Shown: piece after piece, positions 1 through 10,065 of the stretch | Layout of the letters: every line of letters starts with the position of its first letter | Numbering within the stretch: position 1 is the first letter of the stretch | The notes under the pieces: generated by a model | What the model saw: only the letters and a program-made list of their open reading frames with translations | The model's database searches: none | What the model was told of the DNA's origin: nothing | Assembly: GCA_965219995.1 (NCBI GenBank) | Contig: CBDCOX010000002.1 | Location: 1,408,001-1,472,000, forward strand | From: Candidatus Latescibacterota bacterium | GTDB lineage: Bacteria; Latescibacterota; UBA2968; GCA-2709665 | DNA length: 64,000 nt | Direction of reading: 5' to 3' | Program-made: the position numbers and the translations under genes

Positions 1-1579
1 GCCGCCGCTGCGTGATGCGTGATATCGAATTCCCGTCGTAGTGCTTGTGACCTCCATTGGAGAGTCCGTCGAGAAAAAGGTACTGCGACATCGGATCGTA
101 CCCGTCCCTGAACACCACCTTGTCGAAAGTCTTCTTCAGGGGAAGATGGTCCTCGCCGCTGTTCGACGCGTAATACAACGGGTCCACCGGAAACACCTGA
201 GTCCCGTCCAGGTCCGAGGGTTCGACGGGGGTTATCCGCCTGTGATATTCATAGGCGGCAAATTGGGACTCGACGGACGTCTTCTTGTCCAGCATCCACT
301 GATGCCGACCGTCCCCCAGCGCGAAAACCGCCGCACGAAGATACGGCAGTTCGCTCCACCACCCGAATGGCGACGCATTGTCGCCGTAGGGAAGCGCATA
401 GCCCAGATTGTCCGTGGTCAGGATCGCGTAGTCCGCTGCCTTCCGGGCGCATCCATTCTCGAAAAACGTCAGATCTCCGCTGGAGAGCGAATACCTGGCC
501 AGGTGGTAGTGGGTCAGCCACTGGTATCCACTGCAGTCTTCGTGGGGTTTGAATGCCTTCGCCTGGAACCGGAAGCACTCGTCGGACAGCGCCAGCCAGG
601 CGTCGGCCTCCGGCAATCCGTAATATTTCCGATAATAGGCGCCCGCGTAGTGCAGGCCCAATGCCGCGAACGTGGTGTGGTTGTGCCTCACGTGGGGGAC
701 TTTCATATCACCCACGTGGTCCACGCAGTCGGTAACGAACTCGAACAGGATCCGGGTAATCCGCAGCCGATCGTCCTCGGAGATGACCGGGCTTTCCTCC
801 ACGAGGTCCCACCCCGGGATCACCTTGTGGAGTGCAAAATCCGCGTCGAATCCCCAGATGCCGCCGTAGTTGTCCGGATCGGACATCGCATGCCTGTACA
901 TGCGATAGACGAGGCGCTTGTAGAGTTCGGCGTAGAGATCGTTTCCCGTGAGGCCGTACAACAACCCCCGTTCTCCGATCCGGCTCCAGAGGCCCGTATG
1001 TTCCCCCCGGCGCAACGCCTCCTCGGCGGCCTCCATTTCCGAATCCACGTCCGGATCATCTTCAAGTTTCGGAATCTTCAAGGCGTCGGGGCCGAACCGG
1101 ACGTCGAACCGAGGAGCCGTCGAAAGCGTCGTGTCCTCCGGTAACGTCTCCAGAAACCGGCCGACCGACGCGCGGACCCCTTCCAGGTCGCTGCCCAGCA
1201 GCCCCACCGCGTTCGTTCCACTCCCCCACGGGTCGTGTATGGTCTGAATCAGATAACCCCCGCGCCCCGGATACACATCGTCCGCGGGTGTGTAGTTGTA
1301 GCCGTAAAGACGGAATACCACGCGGTTCGTATTCACGTTCCCGAGCAGAAAAAGGTGCCTGTCCGGAGGCATTTTTGCCTCCGTATCCGTAACGATGGGG
1401 ACGTCCGCGCCGGAAAGCTCACGGATCGCGGCTTGAAGTTCGGTGGCAAGTTTCCGGTAGCGCGTATCCTCGGGACTGACGATCGCGGATGCGGGTTCGC
1501 CTCGTTCCACCAGCACCGTGTCCGGGTAGCGTTTCTTCGGCCGTTTCAGGTTCGGATGGGCCGTATTGCCGTTCGACAT
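1..1579 (-). CDS. Large heparinase II/III-like (polysaccharide lyase-type) protein, truncated by the window edge
   Basis: Not in the ORF track because there is no stop in the window. ATG at 1579 with GAGGA SD; translates MSNGNTAHPNLKRPKKRYPDTVLVERGEP...; near the window edge ...DGLSNGGHKHYDGNSISRIT has the GHxHxD motif typical of heparinase II/III C-terminal domains. The + ORF 41..1144 is its in-register antisense shadow. Confidence 0.65.
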   Translation of the reverse strand, partial: MSNGNTAHPNLKRPKKRYPDTVLVERGEPASAIVSPEDTRYRKLATELQAAIRELSGADVPIVTDTEAKMPPDRHLFLLGNVNTNRVVFRLYGYNYTPADDVYPGRGGYLIQTIHDPWGSGTNAVGLLGSDLEGVRASVGRFLETLPEDTTLSTAPRFDVRFGPDALKIPKLEDDPDVDSEMEAAEEALRRGEHTGLWSRIGERGLLYGLTGNDLYAELYKRLVYRMYRHAMSDPDNYGGIWGFDADFALHKVIPGWDLVEESPVISEDDRLRITRILFEFVTDCVDHVGDMKVPHVRHNHTTFAALGLHYAGAYYRKYYGLPEADAWLALSDECFRFQAKAFKPHEDCSGYQWLTHYHLARYSLSSGDLTFFENGCARKAADYAILTTDNLGYALPYGDNASPFGWWSELPYLRAAVFALGDGRHQWMLDKKTSVESQFAAYEYHRRITPVEPSDLDGTQVFPVDPLYYASNSGEDHLPLKKTFDKVVFRDGYDPMSQYLFLDGLSNGGHKHYDGNSISRITQRR

Positions 1580-1608
1580 GGGTATTTCCTCGCAAATAAA
1601 CTATGGGG

Positions 1609-2304
1609 CTATATTTCAACGAATTTTTCGAACAGAAACATCCCGATCAGCACAAAGACCAGGCCCGCGAGAATCGTATACGCCATCAACGCCGCTCCGA
1701 TTGGCAGGAAATCCTGCAAGGCGCCTACGAAATAACCCGCCAATGTCAGATAGACGACAACGCATGAGACAAATGAAAGAGCCGCCGTGAACCCGCGGTG
1801 ACGTGCCACCGTGTACTTCGCGCCCTCCATGGCTGTCACAATGCCAAGCGACAACAGCAGAAAGGACGCGAAAACGCCGGCGGTGGAGCCGATCGCCTCC
1901 GTCGGCGTGACACCGAAGAATCGCAAAACGGCGGAAACGGATTCCCAGGGCGCGCGCGACGCAATGAAGTACAACCCTGTACCCGAGATCCCGAACAGCA
2001 CAAGGCCGGCGCTCAGAATCGCGCCAAACTTGCACAGGCTCACGATGCCGGTCCTCACAGGAAGCGCAAACAGCAGATGGTTCGTGTTGGCACGCCATTC
2101 CCCGTTGAACGAGGAAGCCAGCAGAACCGGCAGGACAAACAGGGTCGCCCAGACCGGCAGCGACGAGAAGAAAAGGGCGATCGCGTGGGTCTCAATGGTC
2201 AGCAGGACCCATCCCTGCAGCACCACGGTTCCGATCGCCAGCAGACAGAAAACGCCCCTGACGTCCTTTAACTCCTTGATGTACAGCGCGGCCGTCATCC
2301 TCAT
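1609..2304 (-). CDS. ABC-2 type transporter permease
   Basis: About 6 hydrophobic segments; ExxxxTxxLLxxLPV motif (EWRANTNHLLFALPV); directly downstream of an ABC ATPase. Confidence 0.8.
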   Translation of the reverse strand: MRMTAALYIKELKDVRGVFCLLAIGTVVLQGWVLLTIETHAIALFFSSLPVWATLFVLPVLLASSFNGEWRANTNHLLFALPVRTGIVSLCKFGAILSAGLVLFGISGTGLYFIASRAPWESVSAVLRFFGVTPTEAIGSTAGVFASFLLLSLGIVTAMEGAKYTVARHRGFTAALSFVSCVVVYLTLAGYFVGALQDFLPIGAALMAYTILAGLVFVLIGMFLFEKFVEI

Positions 2305-2324
2305 CGCGGGGTTCCTTCACTCAT

Positions 2325-3014
2325 TCAATCCACAAACAACGCGAAGATTTCGCTGAGAGACCTTTCGTAGTCCTGTTGCAGCCGGCGCGCGGGGCCCGCC
2401 GCTGAAATCTCGCCGTCGCGCAGAAAGACCACGTCGTCGATATAGGGCTCGACTTCCGAAACCAGGTGGGTCGAAATAAGAATCGTCTGGCCCTCACGCC
2501 GGAACTCGTTGAAAAGACTGTCCAGAATGCGGGCGCGCGACGGCGGATCGATACCCCCCAGGGGCTCGTCCATCAGGACAACTTCCGGGGTCCAGGAGAA
2601 TGCAGTCACCACCTTCAGCCTCGCGCGTTGCCCGCGTGAGAGGGCGCCGATCTTCCGGTCGTCCGGGAGATTCATGAATTCCAGGAGATGTCGGGCTTTC
2701 CGCCAATCCCAGCGCGGGCGAAACCGGGAAAGGAAATCCAGTTGCTCGCGCACGTTCATCCGGGAATAGAACGGATCGGTCTCGGGTAGATACGACACCA
2801 CCGGCTTTGTGGCAACCCCCGCCGGGGCCCCTCCGATCAGCGCCCGTCCCCGCGTGGACCGCGTCACCCCGGCGAGAATCCGGAACAACGTGCTCTTCCC
2901 GCTTCCGTTTTCTCCCAGTACGCCCGAAACCCTGCCGCGCGCCACCGTAAACGAGGCACCCCTGAGCGCCCATGCGCCGGGATATCTCTTCCAGAGGTCT
3001 ACGACGTCGACCAT
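2325..3014 (-). CDS. ABC transporter ATP-binding protein
   Basis: Walker A GENGSGKS, signature LSRGQ, Walker B VLMDEP, H-loop STH. Confidence 0.95.
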   Translation of the reverse strand: MVDVVDLWKRYPGAWALRGASFTVARGRVSGVLGENGSGKSTLFRILAGVTRSTRGRALIGGAPAGVATKPVVSYLPETDPFYSRMNVREQLDFLSRFRPRWDWRKARHLLEFMNLPDDRKIGALSRGQRARLKVVTAFSWTPEVVLMDEPLGGIDPPSRARILDSLFNEFRREGQTILISTHLVSEVEPYIDDVVFLRDGEISAAGPARRLQQDYERSLSEIFALFVD

Positions 3015-3107
3015 CGGTGCAAATCCCCGGTATAGAAAACGACCGCTCCGGTACCCATTCCAGAAGCGGCCGTATTCAGATCGCCACCTGACTCACGCCA
3101 GCGGGAT

Positions 3108-3587
3108 TCAGCGCATATCGCGATCGATGAGAAACAGCCCGTATCGATCGTCGCCCACAAGCTCCAGCTTTTTCACGATCGCGCGTAGCCGGGCCTCTTC
3201 CTCCACCTGTTCGTTGACGAACCACTGCAGAAACGTGTTGGTCGCGTGGGCGCGGTTCTTCATTGCCAGATCGACCAGATTGTCGATCCGTCCGCTGGCT
3301 TCCTGTTCCCGCCTGTATGCCGCCGATATCGCGTCCAGGGGTGAACCCCAATCCGCCGGGGGCTCCGGAATGGGTTTGAATCCGACCGGCGCCTCCCGTT
3401 CGTGCAGGAATTCGTAGATCTTCATCGCGTGCGTCATCTCTCGCTGCGCCTGCTTGCCCATCCACCGGGCAAAACCGTTCAGATTCACCGATTTGAAATA
3501 GGAGGACATGGCCAGGTAGGTATACCAGGCGAGGAATTCGCTGTTGATCTGCTCGTTCAGCGCTGCCTGAATCTCCTTGCTAAACAT
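3108..3587 (-). CDS. ftnA: Non-heme ferritin
   Basis: LNEQINSE..Y, EMTHA and FLQWFVNEQVEEE ferroxidase motifs; 159 aa. Confidence 0.92.
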   Translation of the reverse strand: MFSKEIQAALNEQINSEFLAWYTYLAMSSYFKSVNLNGFARWMGKQAQREMTHAMKIYEFLHEREAPVGFKPIPEPPADWGSPLDAISAAYRREQEASGRIDNLVDLAMKNRAHATNTFLQWFVNEQVEEEARLRAIVKKLELVGDDRYGLFLIDRDMR

Positions 3588-3622
3588 CTACGCCCCCTGA
3601 GGGTTTTGCGTCTCTGCGACGT

Positions 3623-3976
3623 CTATTGGGCCGCCGGGACCTTGCAGCAATCCGGCAGGCTCGCGTAGGCCGTGCTGTCGGCAGGGGCCTGATTCGCCTG
3701 ATAGCCCGCCCCGGCAATTGCCTGTTCCAGCTTAGCCACGTCGGTGCGCGTCGCATCGTAGGTCACATTGACAACCTTGACATCCATGTCGACGTTCACC
3801 TCTGTCACGCCGTCGACCTTCTTCAAGGCCTTGTCAATGTTGTTTGCGCACATCATGCACTGCGCCGTGGGCACGTTGATTTTTGCCGAACGGGTTTCCG
3901 CCGTGGAACATGCGGCGACGACGAGAACGCCGAAAGCAAGTGCACTGCAAAGCACTACGGACATGGTCTTGCGCAT
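3623..3976 (-). CDS. Exported heavy-metal-associated (HMA, CopZ/MerP-like) protein
   Basis: Start moved to ATG 3976 (AAAGGAG SD); signal/lipoprotein-like N-terminus (VAAC), CxxC motif QCMMC, C-terminal YASLPDCCK. Confidence 0.88.
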   Translation of the reverse strand: MRKTMSVVLCSALAFGVLVVAACSTAETRSAKINVPTAQCMMCANNIDKALKKVDGVTEVNVDMDVKVVNVTYDATRTDVAKLEQAIAGAGYQANQAPADSTAYASLPDCCKVPAAQ

Positions 3977-4066
3977 GATTCGATCTCCTTTGTAAAAGGG
4001 AAAATTCCACACTCTCCCGAAACATGAAGCCATCAACGATGAATATATGACAACACCCATCGATAA

Positions 4067-7000
4067 TCAACGCTCATCTTTCAACGATCTGCCTTTCCAC
4101 AACGCGTATACCGCGGGGATCACGATCAGCGTCAGCAGCGCGGACGAGGCGACACCGCCCACCATCGGCGCCGCGATGCGCTTCATGGTCTGCGACCCGA
4201 TTCCATGCCCCCACATAATGGGCAGCAGCCCAAGCAGCGTTGTCAGCACCGTCATCATCTTCGGCCTGACCCGTTCGACGGCGCCGGCGACGACCGCCCT
4301 CCGGAGGTCCGCGGCGTTCATTTCACCCCCCCGCGCCGCGCGAATGCGATCGTACGCCTGATCCAGATAGACCAGCATAACCACGCCGGTTTCCGCCGCG
4401 AGGCCGCCGAGCGCGATGAAGCCGACGCCCACCGCAACGCTCATGTTGTAGTCCAGCAGGTACATCAGCCAGATGCCGCCCACCATCGCGAACGGGAGGG
4501 ACAGCATGACGATCAGGCTCTCCTGCACGTTCCTGAAATTGAGATACAACAATAGGAAGATGATTCCAAGCGTGAGCGGAACCACCAGCTTCAGGCGCTT
4601 TTCCGCCCGCAGCATGTACTCGTACTGACCGCTCCAGGAAACCGAATAGCCCGGCGGCATGGACACCTTCTCCATCACCGCCTGTTGCGCACGTTTCACG
4701 TAGGTTCCGACGTCGATGCCCTGGATATCCACGTACACCCAGGCGTTCGGACGCGCGTTCTCGCTCTTGATTCCCGGCGTGCCCTTTCTGATGCGGATAT
4801 CGGCAAGTTGCGCGATCGGGATCTGGGCGCCGGTGGGCGTGGGAACCAGCACGCGACGGAGCGCGGGCAGGTTGTCCCGCAATTCTCTATCGTACCGGAG
4901 ATTTACGGGATAGCGTTCCAGCCCCTCCACGGTTGTGGTGATGTTCTTCCCCCCCATCGCGAACATAATCACGTCCTGGACGTCGCCAACGGTGAGTCCG
5001 TAACGGGCGGCAGCCTCGCGGTCGATGTCGAAATCCAGGTAGTTGCCGCCGGCGGCCCTTTCCGCGAACACGCTCAGGGTACCCGGCAGGTCGCGAATCA
5101 CCGTCTCGATCCGTTCGCCCAGACGCTGCAGCACCTCCAGATCTTCACCCGCGATCTTGATGCCCACCGGCGTCTTGATCCCCGTGGACAGCATATCGAT
5201 GCGCGTCTTGATCGGCATCGTCCACGAATTGGTCAGGCCGGGAAACTGGATCGCCTCATTCAATCGCTCGATCAACTTTTCGGGCGTCATTCCGGGGCGC
5301 CATTCGCTCTCCGGCTTCAGCGTTATCGTCGTTTCTATCATGGCCAGCGGCGCCGGGTCGGTCGCGGTTTCAGCCCGCCCGATCTTGCCGAATACGTCCT
5401 GTACCTCGGGAAAAGCCTTGATGATCTTATCGGTCTGCTGAAGCAATTCGCGCGCCCTTGTCACCGATACCCCCGGCAGGGTGGTTGGCATATAGAGCAG
5501 GTCCCCCTCGTAAAGCGGCGGCATGAATTCGGACCCGATCCGCTGCAGCGGGAACAGCCGGTCCAATCTCACCAGGGCCCGGTACGCGAGGCTTTGCGGT
5601 GCGTCGGAAAACCTGTCGAGCACCAGGCTGCGGAACGGAAAGAGCGTAACCAGCAGAACGGCCGCCGCTATTACCAGTGTTGCCGCCAGGTGACTCAGGA
5701 CCCACGCAATCACCGGGCGATACATCCAGATGAAGAACCTGCTGCTGGGATTGCGCGCTTCGGGACGGATCTTTCCCCGGACGAAGACACTCACCAGCAC
5801 AGGCACGATCGTGATCGCCAGCAGGGCCGCCGCGCCCATCGCGTAGGTCTTGGTATAGGCCAGCGGTTTGAACAGCCGGCCCTCCTGCTCCTGCAGGGCA
5901 AAGACGGGAAGAAAGGAAACCGTAATCATCAGCAGCGAGTAAAACAGCGCCGGGCCGATCTCTTTCGATGCGTCGACGATGATCTCCAGATGCCCCTTCC
6001 TGCCGTTGTTCTGTTCCAGGTGTTTGTGAGCATTCTCGATCATCACGATCGACGCGTCGACCATGGCCCCGATAGCGACCGCAATTCCCCCGAGCGACAT
6101 GATATTGGAGTTCAGCCCCTGGGTGTGCATCACGCCGAACGAGATCAGTACGCCCGCGGACAGCGCGAATACCGCGACAAACGCGCTGCGGAAGTGCAGG
6201 AGAAATACGACGCAGACCAGCGCCACGACCGTCATTTCCTCGATCAGTTTGGTTCGCAGGTTGTCGATGGCGCCGCGAATCAACGCCGACCGGTCGTAGG
6301 CCGTCCGGATTGAAACGCCCTCGGGCAGACCCGGCTTGAGCGAGTCGATCTTCTCTTTTACCCGATCGATCACGGCAAGGGCGTTTTCGCCGTAGCGCAT
6401 GACGACGATTCCGCCCACGACCTCACCCTCTCCGTTCCATTCGGCAAGCCCGCGGCGCAATTCCGGCCCCAACCGCACGGTGGCGACGTCTCCGACCCTC
6501 ACTGGCGTTCCCCCGGCATCCACCCCCACCGCGATGTTCCGGATATCGTCGATCGAGCGGATATAACCGAGTCCGCGCACCATGAACTCGGTTTCCCCGA
6601 ACTCCACGGTCCGCCCGCCCACGTCATTGTTGCTCCGCCGAATCGCCAAACTCACCTTTTGCAGCGGAATATTGTACGCCAGCAGACGGTTCGGGTCCAC
6701 GGTGACCTGGTACTGCTTCACGTACCCCCCCACGGCTGCCACCTCGGCCACGCCAGGGACGCTGCTGAGTTCGTAACGCAGGTACCAGTCCTGGATGGAG
6801 CGCAACTCCGCCAGATCGCGACTTCCCGTACGGTCCACCAGCACGTATTCGTACACCCATCCTACCCCGGTCGCATCCGGGCCGAGCCGGGGCGCGACGC
6901 CGCGGGGCAATCGATTCGACACGGTGTTGAGCGATTCCAGAACCCGGCTCCTCGCCCAGTACATGTCCGTGCCATCCTCGAAGATCACGTAGACAAACGA

Positions 7001-7270
7001 CAAACCGAAGAAGGAAAACCCACGCACGGCCTTCGCGTAGGGCACCGCCAGCATCGCCGACGTGAGCGGATACGTGACCTGGTCCTCCACCACCCGCGGC
7101 GCCTGCCCGGGGTATTCGGTCAGAACGATGACCTGAACGTCCGACAGATCCGGGATCGCGTCCAGCGGCGTATTCAGCATCGCATAGACGCCCCAGGCGA
7201 TCGCGAACACGGTGGCTGCCGCGATCAGAAACCGGTTCCGAAGACTGAGCTCAATGACTCGACCGATCAT
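4067..7270 (-). CDS. cusA: CusA/CzcA heavy-metal efflux RND permease (CusA/SilA type)
   Basis: DAIPDLSDVQVI, GPDATGVGWVYEY, GSEFMPPLYEGDLLYMP and RVRPKMMT motifs; 1067 aa. Confidence 0.95.
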   Translation of the reverse strand: MIGRVIELSLRNRFLIAAATVFAIAWGVYAMLNTPLDAIPDLSDVQVIVLTEYPGQAPRVVEDQVTYPLTSAMLAVPYAKAVRGFSFFGLSFVYVIFEDGTDMYWARSRVLESLNTVSNRLPRGVAPRLGPDATGVGWVYEYVLVDRTGSRDLAELRSIQDWYLRYELSSVPGVAEVAAVGGYVKQYQVTVDPNRLLAYNIPLQKVSLAIRRSNNDVGGRTVEFGETEFMVRGLGYIRSIDDIRNIAVGVDAGGTPVRVGDVATVRLGPELRRGLAEWNGEGEVVGGIVVMRYGENALAVIDRVKEKIDSLKPGLPEGVSIRTAYDRSALIRGAIDNLRTKLIEEMTVVALVCVVFLLHFRSAFVAVFALSAGVLISFGVMHTQGLNSNIMSLGGIAVAIGAMVDASIVMIENAHKHLEQNNGRKGHLEIIVDASKEIGPALFYSLLMITVSFLPVFALQEQEGRLFKPLAYTKTYAMGAAALLAITIVPVLVSVFVRGKIRPEARNPSSRFFIWMYRPVIAWVLSHLAATLVIAAAVLLVTLFPFRSLVLDRFSDAPQSLAYRALVRLDRLFPLQRIGSEFMPPLYEGDLLYMPTTLPGVSVTRARELLQQTDKIIKAFPEVQDVFGKIGRAETATDPAPLAMIETTITLKPESEWRPGMTPEKLIERLNEAIQFPGLTNSWTMPIKTRIDMLSTGIKTPVGIKIAGEDLEVLQRLGERIETVIRDLPGTLSVFAERAAGGNYLDFDIDREAAARYGLTVGDVQDVIMFAMGGKNITTTVEGLERYPVNLRYDRELRDNLPALRRVLVPTPTGAQIPIAQLADIRIRKGTPGIKSENARPNAWVYVDIQGIDVGTYVKRAQQAVMEKVSMPPGYSVSWSGQYEYMLRAEKRLKLVVPLTLGIIFLLLYLNFRNVQESLIVMLSLPFAMVGGIWLMYLLDYNMSVAVGVGFIALGGLAAETGVVMLVYLDQAYDRIRAARGGEMNAADLRRAVVAGAVERVRPKMMTVLTTLLGLLPIMWGHGIGSQTMKRIAAPMVGGVASSALLTLIVIPAVYALWKGRSLKDER

Positions 7271-7290
7271 ACGTTGGACTCCTGGTGTTC

Positions 7291-7327
7291 CATCCCGAAA
7301 CGGATTGCCTGAATCCGGGTTGGGATG
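7291..7327 (-). other. Intercistronic stem-loop between cusB and cusA
   Basis: CATCCC..CGGATT/AATCCG..GGGATG inverted repeat immediately after the cusB stop; no U-tract. Confidence 0.5.
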
Positions 7328-8632
7328 CTAATGTTGATGACCCTTCGACCCGACCGCCCCGTGATGTTCGCCCATGGTGGCCAACGCCGCCTTGAGATTG
7401 CTCTCCGAGTCGATCAGGAACTGCGATGAAACGACAATCCGCTCGTCTCCCCGCAGCCCTCCGGTCACCTCGTAGACCTCGCCTGTTTCGACACCAAGCG
7501 TCACCTCACGCGGCGCGAAACGACCTTCGCCAAGGTCCAGAATCACCACGTTTCTTTCGCCTGACCGGATCACCGCCTGGGAGGGAACCACCACGGCCTC
7601 CTTCGCAACCTCCGACCGGATCCTTACCGTGGCGAACATCTCCGGCTTCAGGTCCAGTTCGGGGTTGTCGAATACCATCCTGACTTTCGCGGTTCGAGTC
7701 TTCGATTCAAGGAACGGATAGATGTAGGTCACCACACCATCGAACACCCGCCCTGGCGCGTAGGACAGTTCGACCTCGGCCGCCTGGCCCTCCTCGATCC
7801 AGGGCAACTCGTACTCGTAGATGTCGGCAACTACCCAGACCCGGGAAAGATCGGCGATGCGATAGAGATGCTCTCCGGCCCTGATATACGCCCCGTCGAA
7901 TACCGCTCGATGCACCACCACGCCCTCCTGGGGGGAGTGTATCGTCATCGTACGTTTTGTGTGCCGGGTCTCTTCCAGTTCGGCGATCTGATCTTCCACT
8001 ATATCCCAGTAGATCAGGCGCTGCCTGGCCGCGCCCAGCAGCGCATGTGCGGCCTTCAAGGCTTCCGCCGAAGCACTCTGCTCGAGGCGTTGGACGTAGT
8101 CCAGCGCCGTCAGATACTCCTCCTGCGCTGCGACCAGTTCGGGACTGTAGATCTGAAGAAGCGGCTGGCCCTTCTTCACCTCCTGCCCGGTGAAATCGAC
8201 GAACAGCCCCTCCACCCATCCGGTCACCTTCGTGTTGACGTCCGTCATCCGGGTCTCGTCGTAATCGACGCGGCCCATGGCGCGAACGGTCCGGCTCAAC
8301 GCCCGCCGTTCCACACCGGCAGTTTTGACGCCCATATTCTGTACCGTCGACGGATTGATCCTGACCTCGGAAACCGCTTCACCGTGGCCGCCTTCGTGCC
8401 CCGACCGTCCCGGCTGATCCGGCACAAGGTCCATTCCGCAGACGGGACAGCCCGCCGGCCTGTCCGACACAACCGTGGGGTGCATCGGGCACCGGTAGAC
8501 CGCCGGTCCGGTATCTTGAGACTCCGACGCCTCCTCCCTGCCCAGCCAGATTCCAGCCACAAATCCGATCCCCAGGGCAAGGATGATCACAACAATCGTC
8601 TTTGGACTCATAACGCGACCTTTCTTCTTCAC
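7328..8632 (-). CDS. cusB: CusB-like RND periplasmic adaptor with N-terminal heavy-metal-binding domain
   Basis: YRCPMHP..CPVCGMDL metal domain, YSPELVAAQEEY, SSQFLIDSESNL; His-rich linker and C-terminus; alternative start 8611. Confidence 0.92.
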   Translation of the reverse strand: MKKKGRVMSPKTIVVIILALGIGFVAGIWLGREEASESQDTGPAVYRCPMHPTVVSDRPAGCPVCGMDLVPDQPGRSGHEGGHGEAVSEVRINPSTVQNMGVKTAGVERRALSRTVRAMGRVDYDETRMTDVNTKVTGWVEGLFVDFTGQEVKKGQPLLQIYSPELVAAQEEYLTALDYVQRLEQSASAEALKAAHALLGAARQRLIYWDIVEDQIAELEETRHTKRTMTIHSPQEGVVVHRAVFDGAYIRAGEHLYRIADLSRVWVVADIYEYELPWIEEGQAAEVELSYAPGRVFDGVVTYIYPFLESKTRTAKVRMVFDNPELDLKPEMFATVRIRSEVAKEAVVVPSQAVIRSGERNVVILDLGEGRFAPREVTLGVETGEVYEVTGGLRGDERIVVSSQFLIDSESNLKAALATMGEHHGAVGSKGHQH

Positions 8633-8651
8633 CGTGCGCAGGCACGGTCGC

Positions 8652-9914
8652 CTAGAACAGGCGTTTCCCCACGACCGACTCGAGTTCAGCCAGTTTTTTC
8701 TCGCGCTGGATCACATGCCGGTAGTATTCGATCTCAAAGTCGAAGAGGGAGACCTGGTTATTCAGCAGGGTCAGAAAATCCACCTTGTTCACCTGGTATG
8801 CGGCCATCGCGGATTCCAGCGACTGCTGCGCCTGGGGAAGAATTGCGGTGCGATACAGTTCCGCCTCCTTCCAATGCTGCTCGATTTCCAGACAGATCCG
8901 CTCCACCAGAAACAGAATCTCCCGGCTTGCGTCCACTTTGCGCGCGCGGCCCATTCGAACATGTGCCTGTGCCTCGGCAACCCGGGAATCCCTTTTTCTT
9001 CCATTGAAGACGGGAAGGTTCAATCCCACGCCGAACGACAGAAAATCGCTGCCCATTACGGGGTCTGAGCCTACAGCGTCGCGTTGCATATATCCGAGGT
9101 GAAACGTCAGGTCCGGCCATCCTGATCGCCGCGCAACCTGTTCGGTCGCCGACCAGCCGGATATTGCCTGCTCGATTTCTTTCAGCAGCGGGCGGTGCGC
9201 AAGTGCCTGCCTCTGTACCTCCTGTACCGAATGCTCGAATGGCGTGGGTCTCACCTGGGGGGGTGCAATCACGGAAGTCTGCGGGGGCCTGTCGAGCACG
9301 CGGTTGAGCCGCGCCAGCGCAAGCAGCCGTCCGGATTCCAACCTGATGAGGCGGTCTCTCAACGCCGACAGCGACACATGCGCCTTCAGGACATCCTGCT
9401 GCAGCCCGCTGCCCACCTCGTATTTTTTCTGCGCGATCCGGATCAGGTCTTCGAGCAGGGTCCGGTTCTTTTCCGTCACCTCCATGGCCCGGGCGTAAAA
9501 CGCCAGCGCGAAATATTCCTGCTTCACCAGATTGACAATTGAGACCTTTCGGTCCGAGAGCACTTCCCTGGCAGCGCCGGCGGCGTATTCCGCGGCCATC
9601 TGCTTGGCGCGAAGCACGCCGGGAAGGGGAAAGCGCTGGCTGACGGACAACTGTTTTCCGGACATCGGCGTACTGTCGAAATCCGGACTGCCGGCGGGCA
9701 TGTTTTTCAGATCCAGGCGCAGCATCGGGTCTTCCAGAGCGCCCGCCCGGGGCACCCCGGCCTCGAACGCCGCAAGCCGATGCTCCAGAACCTTCAACCC
9801 GGTATTTTTCGCCAGCGCCGTGTCGATCAGCCCCTCCAGGTCGGGCGGACCGGCCCCGGCGATACCGGGACGCTGCGCCAGGCACAGAGCAACGAGAATC
9901 AGGAATCCCTTCAA
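8652..9914 (-). CDS. TolC-family outer membrane efflux protein (CusC-like)
   Basis: Signal peptide, OEP-type helical repeats, SQRFPLPG and GLNLPVF strands; TTG start with GGAGG SD; first gene of the RND trio. Confidence 0.88.
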   Translation of the reverse strand: MKGFLILVALCLAQRPGIAGAGPPDLEGLIDTALAKNTGLKVLEHRLAAFEAGVPRAGALEDPMLRLDLKNMPAGSPDFDSTPMSGKQLSVSQRFPLPGVLRAKQMAAEYAAGAAREVLSDRKVSIVNLVKQEYFALAFYARAMEVTEKNRTLLEDLIRIAQKKYEVGSGLQQDVLKAHVSLSALRDRLIRLESGRLLALARLNRVLDRPPQTSVIAPPQVRPTPFEHSVQEVQRQALAHRPLLKEIEQAISGWSATEQVARRSGWPDLTFHLGYMQRDAVGSDPVMGSDFLSFGVGLNLPVFNGRKRDSRVAEAQAHVRMGRARKVDASREILFLVERICLEIEQHWKEAELYRTAILPQAQQSLESAMAAYQVNKVDFLTLLNNQVSLFDFEIEYYRHVIQREKKLAELESVVGKRLF

Positions 9915-10065
9915 GACGCGTCACCTCCCTGACAGAAATATGTGGAAATGCAAATATGGATACCGGAGACGACGCCAAGGGACTCGCCTCAGGCAAATGC
10001 CGTGCAGACTGTACGAAAAGGGATGAAACCTGAGATGCCGCGGAGGTCGCGGGCAGGGGGGGAAA

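Noticed and set aside
41-1144. 367-aa plus-strand ORF
   Set aside because: In-register antisense shadow of the real minus-strand gene starting at 1579; no recognisable motifs
4685-6313. 542-aa ORF opposite cusA (likewise 10511..11941, 26599..27954, 33453..35081, 54368..55936, 55771..57027, 59229..60467)
   Set aside because: Antisense shadows expected in GC-rich coding DNA; no domain signatures
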